Shown here: in pieces, positions 27,713 to 36,933 of the stretch
Layout of the letters: every line of letters begins with the position of its first letter
How positions within the stretch are numbered: position 1 is the stretch's first letter
The notes under the pieces: model-generated
Seen by the model: the letters and a program-made list of their open reading frames with translations, nothing else
What the model was told of the DNA's origin: nothing
Databases searched by the model: none
Position numbers and translations under genes: made by a program
Source of the DNA: Alphaproteobacteria bacterium UBA1002
Lineage (GTDB): Bacteria > Pseudomonadota > Alphaproteobacteria > Rickettsiales > UBA998
Direction of reading: 5' to 3'
Assembly: GCA_002291845.1 (NCBI GenBank)
Contig: DBAU01000101.1
Span: 1-45,193 of the forward strand
Length of the DNA: 45,193 bases

Positions 27713-30448
27713 ATGACCTCCGCGCCTGCACAGACGGCTTCCGCCCCCTCCCTTTCGCCCGGCATGGCGCAGTATTTGGCGCTGAAGGAGCGGCATCGGG
27801 AGTATCTGCTTTTCTACCGCATGGGCGATTTTTACGAGCTGTTCTTTGAGGATGCCGTGCAGGCAGCAGGAATCCTCGACATCGCGCTGACCAAGCGCGG
27901 CAAGATTGGCGAGGAAGACATCCCCATGTGCGGTGTGCCCGTACATTCGTCGGAAGCCTACCTGCAGCGCTTGATCGCCGCCGGAGTAAAGGTCGCCATC
28001 TGCGAACAGCTGGAAGACCCCGCCGAGGCCAAAAAGCGCGGCAGTAAATCGGTGGTGAGGCGCGACGTAGTGCGCATCGTCACGCCTGGCACCATCACCG
28101 AGGAAGGCCTGCTGGCCCCCACCCGCTCCAATTACCTCGCCTGCCTGGCCGGATCCGCAACAGCGGCGGCGCTGGCCTGGCTGGAGATCACCACCGGCGA
28201 ATTTGCCGTCACCGATACCGCTCCGGAGCGCGCATTAGCCGATCTGGCGCGCCTGCAGCCGAGCGAAGTGCTGATGGCACAAGCCGCTTTGCAGGAGCCG
28301 TCATGGCAAGCGGTGCTGCGCGAATTAGGGGAGCGCGTCACCCCCATCGCCGACACGAGCCTGCATGCAAAACGCGGCGCTGAGCGCCTGCGCGAGTTCT
28401 ATGGCGTGCAAACCACCGAGCCGTGGGGTGAGTTTACACCCGTGGAGCTTTCCGCCTGTGGCGCATTGCTGGATTATGTGTTGCTCACGCAGAAAGACAG
28501 CCTGCCACGTCTCGATCCGCCTAAACGGCAGGCCGCAAGCACCGGCATGGCCATCGACGCCGCCACCCGGCGCAATCTGGAGCTGGTGACCACACTGGCA
28601 GGCACGCGGCAGGGGAGCCTGCTTGCTGCCATTGACCGCACCCGCACGGCGGCCGGGGCACGCCTGCTGGCGCGCTGGCTGTGTGCGCCTCTGACCTCCG
28701 CAGGCAGTATCCGGCAGCGGCACGATGCCGTGCAATCGCTCATGCTCGCCCCTTCTTTGCTGGAGAATGTTGCCGCCACCCTCCGCCATATGCCAGACCT
28801 TGAGCGTGCGCTGAACCGCTTGCTTATGCAACGCGGCGGCCCGCGTGATTTGCTGCAAGTGGCAAATGGCCTGCGCGTCTGCTACGGGTTGCGCGGCCAG
28901 CTGGAGCTGGAGTCCGCCGCCCTGCCCGCCGCGCTGGAGGACATCCGCCAGCAGATGGGTGATCATATGGCGCTGGTCAATCTGCTGACCCGCGCACTGC
29001 GCGAGGATGCACCGCTGCTGGCGCGCGATGGAGGGTTCATCGCCTCCGGCTATCATGCCAGCCTCGACGAGTTCCGCACCCTCCGCGATGAATCCCGACG
29101 TGTCATTGCCGAGATGCAGGGACGCTACGCACAAGAGAGCGGCATCGGCTCACTGAAGATCAAGCATAACCATGTGCTTGGTTATTACATCGAGATCACG
29201 CGGCGGCATGAGAAGCAAGTGCCCGAACATTTCATTCACCGCCAGACCATGAAGGATGCCCTACGCTATTCCACCGTCGAGTTGGGCGAGATTGAGCGCC
29301 GCATCACCGAAGCCGCCGACCGCGCCCTAAAGATTGAGCTGGAGATTTTTGACCAGCTGCTGGATGCCGTGCGTGCGGAAGCGGAGCCGATTCTCTGCGC
29401 CGCCCGCGCGGTGGCGGCGCTCGATGTGTTCCACGGCCTCGCCAGCCTGGCCAAGGAGCAACGCTACTGCCGCCCCGTGATAGAGGAAAGCACCGCGTTT
29501 CACATCATCAAAGGTCGCCATCCAGTGGTCGAGCAGACCATGCGCAAAAGCGGTACGCCGTTCATTGGCAATGATTGTGATCTGGGAAGCCTGACCACGC
29601 CGGACACCGTTCCCCCTCTTCCGGCTCATTCGAGTGGGCCATCCTCTTCGCCTCGAAGCGAAGGATTATCCCGCCTCTGGCTGCTCACCGGACCAAATAT
29701 GGCGGGGAAGTCGACATTTCTGCGCCAGAATGCGCTGATTACCATCCTGGCGCAGATGGGCAGCTTCGTGCCAGCCGAGTCGGCGACCATCGGCATTGTG
29801 GACCGGCTGTTCTCCCGTGTCGGCGCAGCGGATGACCTGGCGCGCGGGCAGTCAACCTTTATGGTGGAGATGGTAGAGACGGCCACCATCCTGCATCAGG
29901 CAACTGACCGTTCGCTGGTCATTCTGGATGAGATCGGCCGCGGCACGGCCACCTATGACGGTATGTCACTGGCATGGGCGGTGGTGGAGCATCTGCACCA
30001 TGTCACCCGCTGCCGGGGATTGTTCGCCACGCATTACCATGAGCTGACGCATCTGGCGGAAACGCTGCCCGGCCTTGCCTGCCACACGATGAAAGTGCGC
30101 GAGTGGAAAGGTGAAGTGATCTTTCTGCATGAAGTCGCGCCCGGCACGGCGGATCGCTCTTATGGTATTCATGTGGCGCGGCTGGCGGGGCTTCCTTCGC
30201 CAGTCATTGCGCGCGCGCAATCCATTCTGCAGGCGCTGGAGGATCAGGACCGCAGCCCCGCCGCCGCCCTCACCGCGCAGAGCCTGCCACTGTTTGCCTT
30301 TGCGCGTGACAGCGCGCCGCCACCGGCCATGGAGAACGCGCCGGATGCGTTGCGTACTGCGCTCAGCGCCATCGACCCTGACGCGCTGACACCGCGCGAG
30401 GCACTGGAAGCGCTCTATAAACTAAAAGAAGCCTCAGGCGAGCGTTGA
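27713..30448 (+). CDS. mutS: DNA mismatch repair protein MutS
   Basis: [69 protein letters not shown]. Confidence 0.97.
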   Translation: MTSAPAQTASAPSLSPGMAQYLALKERHREYLLFYRMGDFYELFFEDAVQAAGILDIALTKRGKIGEEDIPMCGVPVHSSEAYLQRLIAAGVKVAICEQLEDPAEAKKRGSKSVVRRDVVRIVTPGTITEEGLLAPTRSNYLACLAGSATAAALAWLEITTGEFAVTDTAPERALADLARLQPSEVLMAQAALQEPSWQAVLRELGERVTPIADTSLHAKRGAERLREFYGVQTTEPWGEFTPVELSACGALLDYVLLTQKDSLPRLDPPKRQAASTGMAIDAATRRNLELVTTLAGTRQGSLLAAIDRTRTAAGARLLARWLCAPLTSAGSIRQRHDAVQSLMLAPSLLENVAATLRHMPDLERALNRLLMQRGGPRDLLQVANGLRVCYGLRGQLELESAALPAALEDIRQQMGDHMALVNLLTRALREDAPLLARDGGFIASGYHASLDEFRTLRDESRRVIAEMQGRYAQESGIGSLKIKHNHVLGYYIEITRRHEKQVPEHFIHRQTMKDALRYSTVELGEIERRITEAADRALKIELEIFDQLLDAVRAEAEPILCAARAVAALDVFHGLASLAKEQRYCRPVIEESTAFHIIKGRHPVVEQTMRKSGTPFIGNDCDLGSLTTPDTVPPLPAHSSGPSSSPRSEGLSRLWLLTGPNMAGKSTFLRQNALITILAQMGSFVPAESATIGIVDRLFSRVGAADDLARGQSTFMVEMVETATILHQATDRSLVILDEIGRGTATYDGMSLAWAVVEHLHHVTRCRGLFATHYHELTHLAETLPGLACHTMKVREWKGEVIFLHEVAPGTADRSYGIHVARLAGLPSPVIARAQSILQALEDQDRSPAAALTAQSLPLFAFARDSAPPPAMENAPDALRTALSAIDPDALTPREALEALYKLKEASGER

Positions 30449-30760
30449 GGCAGCATCCGGTAGCGCCAAATGCTGCACGATGTTGCCGCCCTGCAAATGC
30501 TCACGGATAATTTCGTCCACCTCATCCGTGGTGGTTGGGCGATACCAGATTCCTTCCGGGTAGACCACCAGCACCGGGCCAAGCTCGCAGCGGTCCAAAC
30601 ACCCGGCAGCATTCACGCGGACGTCAGAAATGCCCAGCTCTTTGCAGCGCTTCTTCATGTAGTCGCGGATAGGCCCCGCCCCGCGATCAATGCAGCAGCC
30701 GCGCTCATGCCCCTCCGGGCGCTTATTGGTGCAGCAAAAAACGTGATGACGGTAAAACAT
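30434..30760 (-). CDS. Thioredoxin-like [2Fe-2S] ferredoxin
   Basis: HVFCCTN.R....[23 protein letters not shown]. Confidence 0.9.
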   Translation of the reverse strand: MFYRHHVFCCTNKRPEGHERGCCIDRGAGPIRDYMKKRCKELGISDVRVNAAGCLDRCELGPVLVVYPEGIWYRPTTTDEVDEIIREHLQGGNIVQHLALPDAASTLA

Positions 30761-31044
30761 CAGAAGGACAGATACAAAATGGTCTGGCGCAGGAACTCAA
30801 GCCCCACGAACAGCACCAGGGGTGAGAGATCAAACCCGGCCACCAGCGGAACGTAGCGGCGCACCTTCCGCAAAGGCGGCTCGACGAGGCGCTCAAGAAA
30901 TTCAAAGATACGATATACCACCGGCTGATACCGGTTGAGGATGCCGAAATTGATCAGCACGCTCATGATGACCCATCCAAACAGCAGGTAATATGCCAGC
31001 TGGACAATAAAAAGCAGGGTGTGAGAAATGGGGTTTAACACCAT
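30760..31044 (-). CDS. yggT: YggT family membrane protein
   Basis: VIMS.L..F..LN, L..LVEPPLR..RR..P...GFDLSP. Confidence 0.9.
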   Translation of the reverse strand: MVLNPISHTLLFIVQLAYYLLFGWVIMSVLINFGILNRYQPVVYRIFEFLERLVEPPLRKVRRYVPLVAGFDLSPLVLFVGLEFLRQTILYLSF

Positions 31045-31050
31045 GGCAGC

Positions 31051-31479
31051 TTAAACCGCGGGCACATCAAACTGGGAGATAGCGGCAGGCAGAAAGCCTT
31101 CATCCGGACCGCGGCGACGCAGCTCTGCCACGCGCTGCTCCAGCAAGGCCTGCACCGACACACCGGAAAGGCTGAACTGGGCGGGGCGTACAAATGCTTC
31201 CATCAGATCATTCTTGCTGACGCGGAGCACAAATCCTTTGCCTTCCGGGCGCACCCCAGCGGAGACATGGCGCTGCTGAAGTGCACGGGAGAGCTTGCGC
31301 GCTTCCTCATAGTCAGCGATTTTCAGCACGTAATCGACGCGGGTGACACCATCGCGCGTCGTGTGGCTGCCGGTCTCCAGCTGAATCAGGCCAAACAGCT
31401 CTCCCAAAAGCTCTTCAATCACGCTGACCACCTCAACGGTGCGTACATAATCGGCTTTCTGGCGCTCCGTCCAACGCAT
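31051..31479 (-). CDS. Orphan protein, member of a putative paralogue family
   Basis: GGAGG RBS, TATAGT -10; aligns by eye with 31534-32070. Confidence 0.75.
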   Translation of the reverse strand: MRWTERQKADYVRTVEVVSVIEELLGELFGLIQLETGSHTTRDGVTRVDYVLKIADYEEARKLSRALQQRHVSAGVRPEGKGFVLRVSKNDLMEAFVRPAQFSLSGVSVQALLEQRVAELRRRGPDEGFLPAAISQFDVPAV

Positions 31480-31533
31480 GCGTATCCTCCGTACTTTGGT
31501 GGACTATAGCGGGCTGATGAAAAAAATACAGCC

Positions 31534-32070
31534 TCATGCGCCGGAACGGCGCGGGCCATGTGCTACGGTCGGAGCTTTTGCGGAAACCGTTCCGAAATAC
31601 ACAATCTTATCCGGATCGCCTTTATCACGGATCGCACATTTCTGATCCCACAGGCTTTTGATATTACACTGAAAGGTACGAAACTCAAAACGATGCCACG
31701 ACGGATTTTGATAGGCATCCCACAACGCCTTGGCATCCACCCGTAAGCGCCCCAGATGGGCCGTGCGCGGTGAAACCGGCTCGGTGGCATCCGGTACGAA
31801 TTCAGCGGGCACGCCATGATAGCGGAACAGACGGGCCAGAGACTCACCCGGCAGCCAGCATTCACGATCATTGTTACGCCCGCTTGCGCAAAAGCCAATG
31901 ACATCCACCAGGTAACTTAAACGATTTTTGGGATAAAGCGCAGAGCATGGCACTGCGCGTTCAGGCGATTCTATTTCAAACGTACCAAAATAATCCCACA
32001 GCATATCCTCCGCCGCCAGGCGGTGATGAAGGGTAGGCTGAGATTCGCGTTCTTCGTGGGACATATGCAT
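31534..32070 (-). CDS. Orphan protein, member of a putative paralogue family
   Basis: 178-aa ORF with its own promoter; aligns by eye with 31051-31479 and 42915-43334. Confidence 0.72.
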   Translation of the reverse strand: MHMSHEERESQPTLHHRLAAEDMLWDYFGTFEIESPERAVPCSALYPKNRLSYLVDVIGFCASGRNNDRECWLPGESLARLFRYHGVPAEFVPDATEPVSPRTAHLGRLRVDAKALWDAYQNPSWHRFEFRTFQCNIKSLWDQKCAIRDKGDPDKIVYFGTVSAKAPTVAHGPRRSGA

Positions 32071-32097
32071 CCAAGTGGCGCACCATAGCGCCAGCGG

Positions 32098-32115
32098 ATG
32101 ACAGTTTTATGACGG
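32098..32115 (-). promoter_or_regulatory. Pho-box-like (OmpR/PhoB family) direct repeat
   Basis: CCGTCATAAAACTGTCAT on the - strand, 10 nt upstream of TATGGT (-10 at 32082-32087). Confidence 0.7.
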
Positions 32116-32134
32116 GGCAAGCAATGACCGGATA

Positions 32135-33004
32135 CTAGTTAAAAACCACGGTTTTATTGCCATTAAGCAGCACGCGATGCTCGCAGTGGTATTTCACCGC
32201 CCGCGCCAGCACCACGCGCTCGATATCATTACCTACCGCCACCAGCGCTTCGGGTGACAATGTATGATCGACACGCTCGACTTCCTGCTCGATGATCGGT
32301 CCCTCATCCAGGTCATCCGTCACGTAATGCGCCGTGGCACCAATGAGCTTCACGCCGCGCGCATGGGCCTGATGGTAGGGTTTGGCCCCCTTGAAGCTGG
32401 GCAGGAAAGAATGGTGGATATTGATTGCCCTGCCCCGTAACTTTGAGGAAAGCTCTGGGGAGAGAATCTGCATATACCGCGCCAGCACGACAAGGTCGGC
32501 ATGCAGCGCCTCAATCACCCCCATCACCTTAACTTCCTGGGCCGCCTTATCGCCTTCCATGGGGAACCAGTGATAGGGAATACCATAAGATTCCACCAGT
32601 GCGCGCAGATCATCATGGTTGGAAATGACGGCGGGAATCTCGACATCGAACCAGCCGGAACGGTAGCGATACAGCAAGTCATGCAGGCAGTGGTCGAACT
32701 TGGAGACCATGATAATCACGCGCGGCTTGCGGGCGCGGTCATGCAAGGCCCAGCGCATGGAAAACGGTGTTGCCACTTCACGGGCAAAACGTGCCTCAAT
32801 GCCGGATTGCTCGGGCGTCTTCTCCCCCGCAGCAAAATGCATACGGAGGAAGAAGGCATCCGTACTGGGATCGCCAAATTGTGTGGATTCGATGATGAAT
32901 CCATCGATACCGGCGATGAAACCGGATACCGCAGCCACAATGCCGCGCACATCACGGCAGGATAGCGTGAGGATATATTCACGCGCTGAGGGAGACGTCA
33001 TCAT
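32135..33004 (-). CDS. purU: Formyltetrahydrofolate deformylase
   Basis: ACT domain (LSC.D..GIVAAVS), MVSKFDHCL, VLARYMQIL, INIHHSFLPSFKGAKPYHQA, LDEGPIIEQ. Confidence 0.96.
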   Translation of the reverse strand: MMTSPSAREYILTLSCRDVRGIVAAVSGFIAGIDGFIIESTQFGDPSTDAFFLRMHFAAGEKTPEQSGIEARFAREVATPFSMRWALHDRARKPRVIIMVSKFDHCLHDLLYRYRSGWFDVEIPAVISNHDDLRALVESYGIPYHWFPMEGDKAAQEVKVMGVIEALHADLVVLARYMQILSPELSSKLRGRAINIHHSFLPSFKGAKPYHQAHARGVKLIGATAHYVTDDLDEGPIIEQEVERVDHTLSPEALVAVGNDIERVVLARAVKYHCEHRVLLNGNKTVVFN

Positions 33005-35303
33005 GCGGATCCTTTTCGTTCAATAGGCCGGATTCTCCGGCGCTGCGCTGTGGCAAAATACAGGTCACGGTGGTGCCACGCCCCGGCGCGGAATCCAGCT
33101 CAACATAACCACCATGCAGCTCAATAAAACTCTTCACCATGGAAAGACCAAGGCCAGTGCCGGAACTGCCACTACCCCGCCGTGTGGAGCCGCGGTAAAA
33201 CTTATCAAAGACCGCAGCCTGCTCCCCTTCTTCGATCCCTGGACCCTCATCAGACACCCAGAGACGGATGCGAGCGTCTTCACGAGCCGCACCAATGGTC
33301 ACCTTGCCGTTCTCTGGTGAGTATTTTACCGCGTTGGAAAGTAGATGGAACATCACCTGCCGGATGCGTGTTTCATCGGCAAGCATCCCCCCGATGCCCT
33401 GTGGGCACGCCAGTATGGCTTGGATGGAGAAGCGTTTCATGCGCTCATTAAGCAACGCTAACACCGAGCGCAGCATCGATTCCACCTCGACCTCGCGGAT
33501 ATCCAGTGTCATGTAGCCCGCTTCAATAGAGGCCAGATCAAGAATATCATTAATCAAGTGCATCAAATGCTGTGAGGATTCATGAATCCCCTCAACATAC
33601 TCACGCTGGCGTTCGGTCAGCTCGCCAAAATAATCCTGCCGCAGCATTTCAGAAAATCCGCTGATCGAAGTCAAGGGTGAGCGCAGCTCATAAGAAACAT
33701 TGGCGAGGAACTCGGTCTTCAGGCGGTCTGCTGCTTGCAGGGCTTCGTTTTTCTCACGCAAAGAGCGCTCAACCAACGTGGAGTCCGTGATGTCAGTAAA
33801 GGTCAGCAGCGTCCCACCGTCGGGCAGGGGCACCACGCTCATATTCAGTACAGAGCCATCCGTACGCTCCAGCCGGGTGGCGTAGAGCGAACGGGACTGC
33901 ACACGACCAATGAAGCCTTGCTTGTAGCTCGCCCAATCTTCGGTGCGGAACAGATGACGGGTTAGCTCAAGCACTTCGGAGATGTGAATCTCACTCTCCA
34001 GCTGCGATTCTTCAAGCTGCCAAAGATGTGCAAAAACCGGATTAAACAGGCGTAGTCGTCCATTCTCACCAAACACCACCACGCCTTCATGCAGGTTATC
34101 CAGTGTCTCTGACTGTACGGCAATCAGCGTATTATAGGAGCGCTCCAGCGCCAGACGGTCGGTCACATCCTCATAGGCAAACATCAGTCCACCTTCCCCA
34201 TGGGGAATGGCCACCACACGCAGGGTTTTGCCATCCGGAAGATAGAAAAACTCCTCGTTCGGCTCCAGCAGGTCGGTGAAGAGCCGCACACGCTGATCCT
34301 TAAACGCTTTGAAATTGGCCTGCTCCGGCAAACGGCGCTTTTCACGCAGGACTTCGAGCACCTCACCAAACGTCGGCTGACTATCGAGGAAGGATTCCTC
34401 TAGCTTCCACAACGCCATGTAAGCGTTATTGTAGGATTTCAGGCGCATGTCACGGCCATAAATTGCCATGGCGCTGGTGGAGCTTTCGAGGAACACAGAC
34501 TGCGCCGACATATGGCGCTCGATTTCCTGCTGGGTCTCTTCCAGCTCGGTAATGTCGCGGGCAAACCCAACCACGCTGCCGTCTGGCATGGGAATCTCAG
34601 CAATTTGGTAAAGCTTGCGTGCACCATCCACCACAATATGGCGACGCTCACGTTGCGGCTGATTAGTTTCCTTTGCCTTTTCTGCCATTTTACGTGCGGC
34701 AGAGTGCAACTCAGGAATTTTGCCTTCTTCTGTGGGCGCAGAATCTCCCACCACACGCTGATACGCGAGATTGCAAAACACAACCACTAACGTCTTATCA
34801 CGCTGCCAGATAAGTTCATTGGTTGTATTGAGCAACATGGAGGCACGACGGGTTTGTACTTTCAGTGACTCGTTCTCTGTTTCGGTCATCTGCGCCTGAC
34901 GATATTGCGAAGAAATATCACGAAACAAAAACATCAACGGTACTTTACCCTCAGGCAGCGGCGTGCATTCGATCACCCGCTGATCCTGAGTGCGCAACAA
35001 CACCCCCGCCCCCGGCTGCGCCTCCCCTGCAGTGTGCACCAGATGCATAAAAATCCCCGCGCATTCTTCGGTCAGCACCTCCAGCAGTGGGGTGAGCGAG
35101 GCGGGAGGAGCCTTTAATCCGAAACACGCCTCAAGATTCGTGGATCCCATAATCTGTTTGCGATCAGGATGGTAGGCAAGAAATGCTACTCCCGGCTGAT
35201 TAAACATCCGTCCAATACGCTGAACAAAACTTAGCGGCAACCCTGAAGAATAACGGCGAATCACCCAATAGGCGAGCAGGAGCGCGCCTGTGGCTGCGAG
35301 CAA
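32979..35303 (-). CDS. divL: PAS-domain histidine kinase-like protein with Tyr at the phosphoacceptor site (DivL-like)
   Basis: EFLANVSYELRSPLT (Y replaces H), multiple PAS domains, HATPase N/G1/G2 boxes; downstream of ahcY; start uncertain. Confidence 0.82.
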   Translation of the reverse strand: MLAATGALLLAYWVIRRYSSGLPLSFVQRIGRMFNQPGVAFLAYHPDRKQIMGSTNLEACFGLKAPPASLTPLLEVLTEECAGIFMHLVHTAGEAQPGAGVLLRTQDQRVIECTPLPEGKVPLMFLFRDISSQYRQAQMTETENESLKVQTRRASMLLNTTNELIWQRDKTLVVVFCNLAYQRVVGDSAPTEEGKIPELHSAARKMAEKAKETNQPQRERRHIVVDGARKLYQIAEIPMPDGSVVGFARDITELEETQQEIERHMSAQSVFLESSTSAMAIYGRDMRLKSYNNAYMALWKLEESFLDSQPTFGEVLEVLREKRRLPEQANFKAFKDQRVRLFTDLLEPNEEFFYLPDGKTLRVVAIPHGEGGLMFAYEDVTDRLALERSYNTLIAVQSETLDNLHEGVVVFGENGRLRLFNPVFAHLWQLEESQLESEIHISEVLELTRHLFRTEDWASYKQGFIGRVQSRSLYATRLERTDGSVLNMSVVPLPDGGTLLTFTDITDSTLVERSLREKNEALQAADRLKTEFLANVSYELRSPLTSISGFSEMLRQDYFGELTERQREYVEGIHESSQHLMHLINDILDLASIEAGYMTLDIREVEVESMLRSVLALLNERMKRFSIQAILACPQGIGGMLADETRIRQVMFHLLSNAVKYSPENGKVTIGAAREDARIRLWVSDEGPGIEEGEQAAVFDKFYRGSTRRGSGSSGTGLGLSMVKSFIELHGGYVELDSAPGRGTTVTCILPQRSAGESGLLNEKDPHDDVSLSA

Positions 35304-35440
35304 AATGATGATATCCGTAAACGTTGAGATGTCCGAATCTCCCTATGACCACCGCACGTACAAACTAGTGTGGCTTTCACCAGGTAGCAAGCGAGGAGAC
35401 GCCGGGCCTCCTCACCTTGGCCATGAAATCATCCCGCTGT

Positions 35441-36757
35441 CTAGTAGCGGTAACTCTCACTCTTGAACGGGCCGTCCGGCGACACACCAATGTAATCGGC
35501 TTGTGACTTGGAAAGCTTGCTCAACTTCACACCCAATTTATCTAGGTGCAAGCGCGCCACTTTCTCGTCCAGATGCTTCGGCAGTACATACACTTTTTTG
35601 TCGTACTTCGAAGCATGTTGCCACAGCTCAATCTGGGCCAGCACCTGGTTGGTGAACGACGTGCTCATCACGAAGCTCGGGTGGCCGGTGGCGCAACCGA
35701 GGTTCACCAGACGCCCCTTGGCCAGAAGGATGATGCGCTTACCGTCCGGGAAGCGGATTTCATCCACCTGCGGCTTGATTTCGGTCCATACCATGTTGCG
35801 CAGCGCTTCGACCTGAATCTCATTATCGAAATGGCCGATGTTGCACACAATCGCACGGTCCTTCATGGCGCGCATGTGGTCGATGGTGATGATGTCATGA
35901 TTACCCGTCGCCGTGACGAAGATATCCGCGATCGGCGCGGCCTCTTCCATGGTGGTAACCTGATAGCCTTCCATGGCGGCCTGCAGCGCGCAAATGGGGT
36001 CGATCTCAGTGACGATCACGCGCGCGCCCTGGCCTTTCAGCGAGGCCGCGCAGCCTTTGCCCACATCACCAAAACCAGCGACGACGGCAATTTTACCCGC
36101 AAACATGATGTCCGTGGCGCGCTTCAGGCCATCCGGCAGGCTTTCGCGGCAACCATACAGGTTGTCAAATTTCGACTTGGTCACCGAATCATTGACGTTG
36201 ATCGCGGGCACGCCAAGCTTACCGGCTTTGACCAGCTCATGCAGGCGCAACACACCGGTGGTCGTTTCCTCTGATACACCTTTGATATCCTTCAGCAACT
36301 CCGGATATTCGTTATGCACCATCAGGGTCATATCTGCACCGTCATCGAGCAGCATGTTCGGACGCCAGCCATGCTCCGGGGCGATGGTCTGACGAATGCA
36401 CCATTCATATTCCTCTTCCGTTTCACCTTTCCACGCAAAGACGGGAATGCCTTCCGCGGCAATCGCCGCCGCCGCCTGATCCTGCGTGGAGAAGATGTTG
36501 CAGCTCGACCAGCGCACTTCCGCACCAAGGGCGGTCAGCGTTTCAATCAACACTGCGGTTTGGATGGTCATGTGCAGGCAGCCGGCGATACGGGCGCCTT
36601 TCAAGGGCTGCGAGGCGGCGTATTCCGCGCGCACCGCCATCAGGCCGGGCATTTCCGTTTCTGCCAGGGAGATTTCCTTGCGGCCCCACTCGGCGAGGGA
36701 CATATCAGCCACTTTATAATCGGTAAAATCAGCGGCGCGCTTCGGCTGGGCGGTCAT
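35441..36757 (-). CDS. ahcY: Adenosylhomocysteinase
   Basis: [64 protein letters not shown]; AGGAG RBS before 36757. Confidence 0.97.
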   Translation of the reverse strand: MTAQPKRAADFTDYKVADMSLAEWGRKEISLAETEMPGLMAVRAEYAASQPLKGARIAGCLHMTIQTAVLIETLTALGAEVRWSSCNIFSTQDQAAAAIAAEGIPVFAWKGETEEEYEWCIRQTIAPEHGWRPNMLLDDGADMTLMVHNEYPELLKDIKGVSEETTTGVLRLHELVKAGKLGVPAINVNDSVTKSKFDNLYGCRESLPDGLKRATDIMFAGKIAVVAGFGDVGKGCAASLKGQGARVIVTEIDPICALQAAMEGYQVTTMEEAAPIADIFVTATGNHDIITIDHMRAMKDRAIVCNIGHFDNEIQVEALRNMVWTEIKPQVDEIRFPDGKRIILLAKGRLVNLGCATGHPSFVMSTSFTNQVLAQIELWQHASKYDKKVYVLPKHLDEKVARLHLDKLGVKLSKLSKSQADYIGVSPDGPFKSESYRY

Positions 36758-36893
36758 GGACGGACTCCTGAACAAATGGAATAACGAGGCCTGCTTACTA
36801 TCTCTACGCCGCCGCTGCAACCCCAAATCCAGCGCACAGCAAGGACGTAAACCCATGGAAATTGGTGCGCCGCACAAGCGAATTCCCATGCTC

Positions 36894-36911
36894 ACGTCAT
36901 CAAAATGTCAT
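36894..36911 (+). promoter_or_regulatory. Pho-box-like direct repeat
   Basis: ACGTCATCAAAATGTCAT (GTCAT-N6-GTCAT), 22 nt before ATG 36934. Confidence 0.55.
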
Positions 36912-36933
36912 AGTAACCCGTCACAAATAGCTT

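Noticed and set aside
33690-33700. His-to-Tyr change suggesting an inactivated kinase pseudogene
   Set aside because: This is the established DivL signature and the frame is intact
36758-36840. Possible SAH riboswitch upstream of ahcY
   Set aside because: Only fragmentary resemblance; better explained as a TTGCAG-17-TAAGCA promoter (36820-36792) leaving too short a leader. An Rfam scan would settle it
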